Shown here: positions 61,701 through 64,000 of the stretch, piece after piece
How the letters are laid out: every line of letters starts with the position of its first letter
Numbering within the stretch: position 1 is the first letter of the stretch
Source of the DNA: Veleropilina oligotropha
Lineage: Eukaryota
Length of the DNA stretch: 64,000 nt
Direction: 5' to 3'
Assembly: GCA_048128005.1 (NCBI GenBank)
Contig: JBEUKZ010000054.1
Span: 1,054,001 to 1,118,000 of the forward strand
Notes under the pieces: model-generated
Told to the model about the DNA's origin: nothing
What the model saw: the letters and a program-made list of their open reading frames with translations, nothing else
The model's database searches: none
Made by a program: the position numbers and the translations under genes

Positions 61701-62735
61701 CCGGTAGTATAGAACTATGACGTAATCTCGACAGTGACACCAGTTTCGAGAATATGTTGTTTCCAAATTCCAAACAAATGACATCAACAATTATATTCCT
61801 GGATAATAGTTGAGGATACTCTGATTTTGTCTCGATTCGCTGCCGCTTGCTTAACGTCGACAGAGATTTCTCTCTACAGTCAACAGTTCTAATCTGCTTT
61901 GCATCATATTTGACATTAGGTCACGACCCTGTACGATGATATACACATTAGGTCACGACCCTGTACGATGATATACACATTAGGTCACGAACCTGTACGA
62001 TGATATACACATTAGGTCACGACCCTGTACGATGATATACACATTAGGTCGCGACCCTGTACGATGATATACACATTAGGTCACGACCCTGTATGATGAT
62101 ATACACATTAGGTCACGACCCTGGTCATTTTCCATTCGAAATGACTGCCGTGAATAGCGAGAATTTTGCTAGTTAAATCTGCGATTTTTAATCCATAAGT
62201 TAATTGAGCTTTTTTCCATAAAATGTTTTGCGGCCTTTTATTTTCGCGTTAAATTTAGGTACGCAAAACTCACGAAAATAAAAGGCACACTAAAATATAG
62301 GGTTTTACAGTATCGGACAGTAGTGTAATATTTTTAGGATATCATGGGAGATAACCAGACTGAGTGAGTTTCTGTAAATAACCTTTCCAGTACTCATTTC
62401 AGGGGAGGGAAGCATGGATGAGCTTGATGCCCAATGGACAAAGGATACTGAACTGAAACCGGTGGACTTGAACAAGCTGCTTCCTCGAAATTTCATCGTT
62501 TACAAATTTGGCTGCTTTGTAGCCGACATGTTGGCACGCCACTGTCGCCACATGCCGGTAACGATTCTATTGGCTGAAAAGATCCCGCCGAATAATCACC
62601 TGTCTCGCAACTACTATCGTAACTCGTTCCATTTCGATGGCAATAACCGAATCCTGTACGTGCGTATGGATAGGCTGGAAAGAGTTGGAGAGATGGTGGT
62701 CGTCCTCGTGCACTGTCTAGCGCATATTAAAGCAG
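1606..62735 (+). CDS. Partial 29-exon gene: large single-pass membrane protein with GCC2/GCC3 (ephrin-receptor-like) Cys-rich repeats, TM helix, coiled-coil tail and C-terminal globular domain
   Basis: All 29 exons have AG acceptors and GT donors (one GC), and their phases chain into one stop-free frame. CPxGxYCP repeats, TM segment LIIGMLSFFGVLVLMLVIAVIVW, E/K/Q/R-rich tail. From memory it resembles the uncharacterised zebrafish si:ch211-286b4.4 / mouse Gm9195-like family (unverified). Start and stop codons are outside the window. Confidence 0.9.
2110..2369 (+). CDS. Exon 2 (SGQISGNCSAGYYC...CPEGYLCTG)
   Basis: ttttccag acceptor, g|gtgagg donor, phase 2 to 1. Confidence 0.9.
2703..2940. repeat. 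G-rich minisatellite, 23 bp unit, about 10 copies
   Basis: gggaaatgggagtgaaaccggcg. Confidence 0.92.
2941..10190. repeat. 7.2-kb G-rich composite minisatellite, units about 36-49 bp
   Basis: gcagggatgtgtgagggagatatgggtgggcagc(aaatgagggcaggga). Confidence 0.97.
10265..10408. repeat. 29-bp tandem repeat, 5 copies
   Basis: catcatcatcgatgtactgccggttatcg. Confidence 0.9.
10440..10595 (+). CDS. Exon 3 (TWNPELCPPGYYC...GFWCNYT)
   Basis: ccag acceptor, ag|gtgaga donor, phase 1 to 1. Confidence 0.9.
11104..12115 (+). CDS. Exon 4, large Cys-rich GCC2/GCC3 repeat exon
   Basis: Matches the 337-aa ORF with many CPxGxYCP units; ttttcctacag acceptor, aa|gtaagg donor, phase 1 to 2. Confidence 0.93.
12213..12546. 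mobile_element. MITE with about 40-bp TIRs (possibly PIF/Harbinger-like)
   Basis: ggtgctctttcggtacttcccccacagctccggctttta ... taaaagccggagctgtgggggaagtaccgaaagagcgcc in an AT-rich context. Confidence 0.85.
12870..13020 (+). CDS. Exon 5 (CTCSTYKTVVEICDNIC...ATEVQ)
   Basis: tgtag acceptor, cag|gtaaga donor, phase 2 to 0. Confidence 0.88.
13255..13510 (+). mobile_element. tRNA-derived SINE, copy 1, 16-bp TSD
   Basis: A-box-like ggtagcgcagtgg, B-box-like gggatcgacccc, (tcc)n tail; TSD tcttcattggtgaggg at 13239-13254 and 13511-13526. Confidence 0.9.
13806..13935 (+). CDS. Exon 6 (SVAGVIGPNENVQ...STNLG)
   Basis: Pyrimidine tract + ccag acceptor, g|gtaagc donor, phase 0 to 1. Confidence 0.85.
14180..14513 (+). 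CDS. Exon 7 (GRRRLL...NPTLCL...FPVYQKDHLYNSNPSFDYGAF), ends at a GC donor
   Basis: ttccag acceptor; the phase-compatible donor is AG|GCGAGT, phase 1 to 2. Confidence 0.85.
14863..15011 (+). CDS. Exon 8 (NVFISVQPSG...APDWGLII)
   Basis: ttcag acceptor, g|gtgagt donor, phase 2 to 1. Confidence 0.88.
15498..16684. mobile_element. Tc1/mariner-type non-autonomous element
   Basis: TA|cagtggattc ... gaatccactg|TA, with subterminal ttgcata repeats. Confidence 0.85.
17563..17824 (-). mobile_element. tRNA-derived SINE, copy 2, 15-bp TSD
   Basis: Near-identical reverse complement of 13255-13510; TSD tacaatgcaaaacag at 17548-17562 and 17825-17839. Confidence 0.9.
18358..18767. mobile_element. MITE/foldback with about 105-bp TIRs (TGT...ACA ends)
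   Basis: tgtgccggtgtcacgaactataccgtac... pairs with ...gtacggtatagttcgcgacaccggcaca; no clear TSD. Confidence 0.8.
20068..20251 (+). CDS. Exon 9, transmembrane helix (MLSFFGVLVLMLVIAVIVWRP)
   Basis: cttccag acceptor, ct|gtgagt donor, phase 1 to 2; hydrophobic run followed by basic residues. Confidence 0.9.
20601..20668 (+). CDS. Exon 10 (DSGMLGPRPSGDGADAMAAKAY)
   Basis: tgtag acceptor, g|gtaaga donor, phase 2 to 1, which bridges the neighbouring exons. Confidence 0.82.
20685..21770. repeat. 86-bp minisatellite, left arm, about 12.5 units
   Basis: gtgctgctgtggttacgactggtcatgcacattaatgtgtcctgtattcatgtattttgcctgcctgctctggttcagcagtgtgg. Confidence 0.97.
21771..21987 (+). repeat. DIRS left inverted terminal repeat
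   Basis: 21782-21987 is the reverse complement of 28950-29155. Confidence 0.93.
22738..24981 (+). CDS. DIRS ORF1, gag-like protein
   Basis: ATG at 22738; N-terminal Cys/His cluster (C..DKHTEC..H..C..CDLC), LLRRD motif, basic C-terminus; first-ORF position. Confidence 0.85.
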   Translation: MVRYSSSGCNQKIHGFDKHTECRIHRSCSRKLQCDLCILLSEKQWAVLSHPGKSTRATATVGPNPEKGLEKGLIEETGKLRDNSSLSASGTSGARDDSRRRAPSVAGSTGETSATLGGVTEPLPGPQIQVKARVPTLTPRPGLVAAANHTLPASKVYLAAQRTAEQGRRSPSYSSASKNQGPVSPSAGNSPSSDGDRLNAEKTFKEAGHLFEGLRSGQSATPESSIENDATTPKGFPLNLEAHETFRGPVLSRAPTMVTLENVDRPAAFGTGFYGGFPTVPLPNRVVDRSELLPQFYRSSGPLTAPSGQPFGFDPSTSALGPWSSAPPVYAARLPSATVSSTELPAVSSTPVLPQGFSLENVQAWIAAGIEERCKAWPTAPQPRLVPTHLPMAQSTAPASVMEIDPRSDEDLGSNHTDLPESVGPEDVSLSGTQEPTSSTRRRLDAVASLRGVLGLSEPTRSAVDVVKHRTAAHRFVAREAPELPSLPQSGLVDLVVDSTTKLIQGRNPVESSLLTEFPSGFRSGRYLRASSRAIPFACTGPCLATEPAHVDASLRRLTASHTPSVAKVPWSALEAFESAARRALRLSSVQDFFLDGAIAVLQEDGPGAPEAALSFLQEVAAAQETSALETGRVLGNALLLRRDACLEGTSLDEATRRSLRCVPCSEFVDKRAADMKDRAIEKAVLHPVRGPPADSRKRSGPTRAPKPSKRAKPSSGGRPPANKPTPKRQAPPAKSRKQSGRGKPRP
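24773..27055 (+). CDS. DIRS ORF2: reverse transcriptase, RNase H and Dam-like methyltransferase domain
   Basis: FLVPKPDGRWRPILDL, IDLTDAYLHVP, LPFGLSSAP, YLDD; RNase H motifs TDAS..GWG, HINFLELEAV, TDNTT, HIPGKLNVRADSLSR; MT-like VDLFA...DAL...W...YAFPP. No ATG before the RT domain. Confidence 0.95.
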   Translation: MPSRRRYCTPFGVHLPTRGSAQGPPGLRSLLSVRSPLRVVGLRPINPLQRGKHLQRNPVSRAGEGSLGPRAAGIRDGPSCPLPPVGACLLAHSQSWLELTDSNWVHLVVSAGYKLAFNRHPTLTEAPPSRHARLLNGEKQAVLDQAVRDLLLKRAIYPAPPSTPGFYSHFFLVPKPDGRWRPILDLSYLNRYLRTEKFQQETLSKIRAAIRPGDWAASIDLTDAYLHVPMHVTAHQYLRFIHGETIYQFRCLPFGLSSAPYVFTRTVQALGAFLHSLGHRVHMYLDDWLILGASRDLCLRSTSFTLSSTKRLGFQINETKSCFVPSTTFTFLGVDFDTVRYTAKPTQKRMRNLRVVIQDTLSSDITTARQLATVLGHIESVATLLPTGRMDKRPLQQAFRDRWIQRTGQWTDRIDLRHWFTSTTAVWLNPALPDQSVPISPPEPNAYLFTDASNDGWGGHLDSYETSGLWPTDLQGRHINFLELEAVYLSVRSLSSHLRNKHIMLATDNTTVVAYIQHQGGTRSRPLCDRAIDLHHLVMSLNSTIRARHIPGKLNVRADSLSRKSQIIHTEWTLHSRVAQDVCRRWSQPQVDLFATEFNYRLPLYVSPYPDPAALAVDALSMTWENLSAYAFPPSCILSLVLQKASNERCEITLIAPLYRTQPWFPTLLDLIVDRPLALPQKLDLLMQPRSRVLHPSPNDLRLHAWWLSNDPLLRKDFLTQQPYASIDREGFPRQKFMTTDGSSTWIGVTAGRSIYSVPL
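24982..27966 (+). CDS. DIRS ORF3: tyrosine recombinase with long N-terminal overlap of ORF2
   Basis: Catalytic set R (ASGRRCSE), HxxR (AHEVRA), W (GYWK), Y (VKHY), plus CPVRAL. The frame is open from just after the gag stop; the true start is unknown. Confidence 0.93.
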   Translation, partial: GCRHSRRSQLPASAGGSVPVSAQPVVAGADRQQLGPLSRECRIQVGIQPASDLNRGTTIKTRSPPKRRETSGLRPGSAGFAAKKSDISRAAQHTRILQPFLPGPETRWPLATDPRSLVSQPISSYREIPARNPLEDSSGHPSGRLGSVYRSDRRVPACPDACHGSSVPSVYTRGDDLPIQVPTVRSIVSPLRLHENSTGPRGLPTLSRAQGTYVPRRLADPRGVPGSVPPVYELYPVIDEAPGISDQRDKILLRTLDDVYVPRSRLRYGPVHREADPEAYAEPTRGYPRHPVIGHNYGATTGHCPGAHRVGSDPATDRSHGQTTVTTGVQGSLDTTDGAVDGSHRSTALVYQHNSSVVEPCFAGPVGSYIPARAERLPVHRRFERRLGRSPRQLRDIRPMADRPSGTTYQLPRVRSCLPVSTVPLVTSPQQAHNARHGQHDCRRLHPAPGRHSLASPLRPSNRPTPPSDVPQLDDSSPTHPGKAECQSGFALSEITDNTHRVDATQPSSSGRLPPLVATPSRSVCNRVQLPTTSVCLPVPGPGRPSGRRTVNDMGESVRLCLPPVVHSITGITEGIERTLRDNANSAPVSHATLVSDPPRSDRRSTVSATAETRPVNAAALPCTPPIAERLTFTRLVVIERSLAKKGFSHATALRIYRSRRISTTKVYDYRWVKYVDWCHSRQVNILRPPVNKFIEFLSSLFARGMSVSAVKGYRATVATTLKQCRAHVGLSSDRTISDFIRSYELEMPTRTIKPAAWNIVLILNALLLPPYEPMSTITMRNLTHKTVFLIALASGRRCSEIHSLSSELRDIRFQSDGSVMLRPILGFLAKNQRPNEDAPDIIIPKLTLVGRHDADRLNCPVRALRFYLDRTRDMRQGKLRLFISYLPTYTRDITKTTVSRWISQAVRDVYLRCEEVDRTILSVRAHEVRAIAASIAFRHSLNITALLQAGYWKNANVFVKHYLRDYSTGADGLSSLQCVAAQRCIVRPRSSNQ
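28800..28889 (+). other. DIRS internal complementary region (ICR)
   Basis: 28800-28838 is the reverse complement of the first 39 nt of the element; 28839-28889 is the reverse complement of its last 51 nt. Confidence 0.95.
28950..29186 (-). repeat. DIRS right ITR with 3' extension
   Basis: Inverted copy of the left ITR plus about 30 nt of unique extension that the ICR matches. Confidence 0.93.
29187..29908. repeat. 86-bp minisatellite, right arm, about 8.5 units
   Basis: Same unit, resuming in register after the DIRS element. Confidence 0.97.
30177..30430 (+). mobile_element. tRNA-derived SINE, diverged copy 3, 13-bp TSD
   Basis: Body similar to copy 1; B box ggttcaaacc; TSD tctacagtgtgcg at 30164-30176 and 30431-30443. 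Confidence 0.85.
30608..30943 (+). CDS. Exon 11 ([23 protein letters not shown]...)
   Basis: ttttcag acceptor, g|gtgagg donor, phase 1 to 1. Confidence 0.9.
31387..31523 (+). CDS. Exon 12
   Basis: gcag acceptor, cag|gtaaaa donor, phase 1 to 0. Confidence 0.85.
31885..32056 (+). CDS. Exon 13, coiled coil
   Basis: ctacag acceptor, g|gtaaga donor, phase 0 to 1. Confidence 0.88.
32115..32329 (+). mobile_element. Second tRNA-derived SINE family with CORE-like domain and (tta)n tail
   Basis: gtggctgagtgg A box, cttgggcaagg...ttgcctcggtccacccagc core-like block; deleted inverted copy at about 33480-33580. Confidence 0.6.
32330..33375. mobile_element. HINE/CvA-like element with (tccg)n and about 155-bp core repeats
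   Basis: Subterminal IR atccccccgg / ccggggggat, (gtcc)n microsatellite, tandem core repeats, end hairpin + cttgtt; inserted in the SINE tail. Confidence 0.8.
33625..33800 (+). CDS. Exon 14, coiled coil
   Basis: ttttag acceptor, gag|gtaagc donor, phase 1 to 0. Confidence 0.88.
34200..34394 (+). CDS. Exon 15 (alternative in-frame end at 34391)
   Basis: tacag acceptor; tandem donors cag|GTG|GTGAGT, both phase 0. Confidence 0.85.
34370..34886 (+). repeat. Tandem copies of the exon 15 end plus donor (9 gtggtgag copies, units 46-66 bp)
   Basis: gcacaaggcc(t)gcaggaccag|gtggtgagtgcacacgatgcagcatcatga. Confidence 0.9.
35264..36847. mobile_element. Non-autonomous TIR element with long imperfect inverted arms
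   Basis: ccggtgtac ... gtacaccgg ends; about 35310-35450 is inverted at about 36590-36720; subterminal ggaaatcctccccc repeats. Confidence 0.75.
36966..37169 (+). CDS. Exon 16
   Basis: tttcctag acceptor, gag|gtatat donor, phase 0 to 0. Confidence 0.88.
37350..37556 (+). CDS. Exon 17
   Basis: tttcag acceptor, aat|gtaagg donor, phase 0 to 0. Confidence 0.88.
39738..40697. mobile_element. HINE-like element with (tccg)n and about 160-bp core repeats
   Basis: Subterminal IR ttatcccatc / gatgggataa, microsatellite, 4 core repeats, end hairpin tgtg(gctcc)caca + cttg. Confidence 0.8.
41040..41183 (-). mobile_element. Solitary end of the Tc1/mariner-like family seen at 15498
   Basis: Reverse complement resembles 15498-15650; ends ccactg|TA. 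Confidence 0.7.
41698..41951. repeat. 22-bp tandem repeat, about 11 copies (subterminal repeat of a TIR element ending near 42520)
   Basis: ggctgattcgccccctcaggct; inverted motif cgaatcagcc occurs three times at 42465-42515. Confidence 0.85.
42675..42976. repeat. 21-bp tandem repeat, about 14 copies
   Basis: ttgaccggcagtatgttcata. Confidence 0.95.
43060..43188 (+). CDS. Exon 18
   Basis: cctttcag acceptor, aag|gtaatt donor, phase 0 to 0. Confidence 0.88.
43329..44966. repeat. 29-bp minisatellite, about 56 copies
   Basis: acccctatacgctgtgaatactcctcaat. Confidence 0.97.
44985..45812. repeat. 22-bp minisatellite, about 37 copies
   Basis: catatgattgtctgtgtcttga. Confidence 0.96.
46197..46397 (+). 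CDS. Exon 19
   Basis: tctag acceptor, cag|gtataa donor, open frame AKLAARKERRMAE... Confidence 0.87.
46661..46867 (+). CDS. Exon 20
   Basis: tgtag acceptor, gcc|gtaagt donor, phase 0 to 0. Confidence 0.9.
47254..47457 (+). CDS. Exon 21
   Basis: ttttag acceptor, cag|gttagt donor, phase 0 to 0. Confidence 0.9.
47714..47818 (+). CDS. Exon 22
   Basis: tttcag acceptor, cag|gttagt donor, phase 0 to 0. Confidence 0.87.
48059..48199 (+). CDS. Exon 23
   Basis: ctctcag acceptor, gag|gtaaca donor, phase 0 to 0. Confidence 0.88.
48313..48997. repeat. 31-bp minisatellite, about 22 copies, most with G|GTAAGT
   Basis: cacacggtaagtcaagtggagcatgagatct. Confidence 0.96.
49279..49467 (+). CDS. Exon 24 (3' end tandemly amplified downstream)
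   Basis: ctacag acceptor, aag|gtgagg donor, phase 0 to 0. Confidence 0.88.
49411..50366 (+). repeat. About 14 tandem copies (63-70 bp) of the exon 24 3' end plus donor
   Basis: gactgggaggtgaaggtcgcccgcgcaaacctcgacctcaaggagaaacactacaag|gtgagggtcaat; the first copy is the real exon end. Confidence 0.95.
50875..51022 (+). CDS. Exon 25
   Basis: ttcag acceptor, g|gtacgt donor, phase 0 to 1. Confidence 0.87.
51610..51773 (+). CDS. Exon 26 (3' end seeds the 8.5-kb array)
   Basis: ttttatag acceptor, aag|gtaagg donor, phase 1 to 0. Confidence 0.88.
51753..60270 (+). repeat. 8.5-kb array of a 30-bp unit (about 280 copies) derived from the exon 26 end plus donor
   Basis: Exon end gagaggaagcagaagatgaag|gtaagggtt matches the array unit gagaggaagcaggagatgagg|gtagggggt. 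Confidence 0.96.
60572..60841 (+). CDS. Exon 27
   Basis: tgtag acceptor, gag|gtaaca donor, phase 0 to 0. Confidence 0.9.
60871..60953. repeat. 28-bp repeat, 3 copies, just after the exon 27 donor
   Basis: ttatcatacgatatgcagatatgttgtg. Confidence 0.88.
61261..61525 (+). CDS. Exon 28
   Basis: gttcag acceptor, g|gtaagc donor, phase 0 to 1. Confidence 0.88.
61913..62123. repeat. 32-bp tandem repeat, about 6.5 copies
   Basis: cattaggtcacgaccctgtacgatgatataca. Confidence 0.93.
62391..62735 (+). CDS. Exon 29, C-terminal globular domain (…YRNSFHFD…VLVHCLAHIKA); alternative in-frame start 62403
   Basis: tttccag or tttcag acceptor, both phase 1; g|gtaatt donor, so the gene continues past the window. 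Confidence 0.87.
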
Positions 62736-62774
62736 GTAATTATTACTTTAAATGTGACATACCGTATTCGAACT

Positions 62775-64000
62775 TTAGGCTCAAGTTTTTCATCAAGTGT
62801 ATATGGCTTGCTCAAGGCAGTTTTTTGCATATATATATGCTTTGTTATTGGTGGTATGGATGTCACCTGATACTCTGGCAGTAATAGGGAATAAATTTTA
62901 TTATACTTAATGGAAATGTGGTGTTCTTTTGGGACATAGAAATTTGGGTGAACTTTAGGTTAAAGTTTTATAGTTAAAGTTTTTCACCAAGTGTATATGG
63001 CTTGCTCAAGGCACTTTTTGCATATATATATGCTTTGTTATTGGTTGTATGGATGTCACCTGATACTCTGCAAGTATTATGGAATAAATTTTAATATAAT
63101 TATTGAAAATAAAGTGGTGTTTGTGGACATAGAAATATTGGTTAAAGTTTTTGGTTGAAGTTTTTCATTTAGTGGATATTGGCTGCTAAGATCAATTTTT
63201 GGAAGGTGTATGCCTTTGCATTGTTATTCCCCGGGACGATAGTCCCAAAGGGCATATAGCTTTCACTTTCGATGCATATAGCTTTCACTTTCGATGTGTG
63301 TAAACTGTATGTATGTGTGTGTGTCCGGATTTGGTTAAAGTTTTTCATTGAGAGTATATGGCTTTATCAAGGGACTTTTGGCATATATATGCTTTGGTAT
63401 TGATTATATGGATGTTACCTGATACTCTGGCAGTAATATTGAATAAAATTTAATTTAATTATTGCAAATAAATTGGTGTTTTGAACATAGCAATTCTGGT
63501 TAGAATTTCCGGTTAAAGTTTTTCATTTGAGTGTATATGACTTGCTCCATGGACTTTTTGGCATATATATGCTTAGGTATTGATTATGTGGATGTTACCT
63601 GATACTCTGGCAGTGATAATGAATAAAATTTAATTTAATTTATGCAAATAAATTGGTGTTTTTTAACATAGAAATTCGGGTTAGAATTTCCGGTTAAAGT
63701 TTTTCATTGAATGTATATGGCTTGCAATTGCTCAAGGGACTTTTTGACATAATATTATGTATGGCACTTTGGTATTGAATATGGGGATGTTACCTGGTAT
63801 TCTGGCAGTGATAATGAATAAAGTTTAATTTAATGTATGTTTTTGAAATTAGAAATTCGGATTCCAATTTTCGTTTAAAGTGTAGGGCGTATATGGCTTG
63901 ATTAAGGGACTTTTTGGCATATGTATGCTGTGATCTTGATTATATGGACATTACCTGGTACTCTGGCTGTGATATTTAATAAAATTCAATTAATTATTGC
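62775..64000. mobile_element. About 180-bp core repeats of HINE-like element(s); element head at about 63224
   Basis: aagtttttcat..gtgtatatggcttgctcaagg repeats; ttattccccgggacgatagtcccaaagggcatatag hairpin followed by (gtat)(gt)n; runs off the window. Confidence 0.65.

Overview
Repeat-rich eukaryotic DNA, probably from an invertebrate (inferred from the repeat types). The window is spanned by one + strand gene whose start and end lie outside it. I could join 29 exons (1606-62735, about 6.35 kb of CDS, about 2,100 aa) in one continuous frame with matching intron phases, using one GC-AG intron. The product is a type-I membrane protein with a Cys-rich GCC2/GCC3 (ephrin-receptor-like) ectodomain, an RRRLL motif, one TM helix, a long coiled-coil tail and a C-terminal globular domain. 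The introns hold an apparently intact 7.4-kb DIRS-type tyrosine-recombinase retrotransposon inserted into an 86-bp minisatellite. They also hold three TSD-flanked copies of a tRNA-derived SINE, several Helentron-associated (HINE-like) elements, a Helitron, MITEs, and more than a dozen unrelated minisatellites covering about a third of the window. The most unusual pattern is that three arrays are amplified copies of the gene's own exon ends plus 5' splice donors, one of them about 280 copies over 8.5 kb. Family assignments come from motif recognition only; no searches were run.
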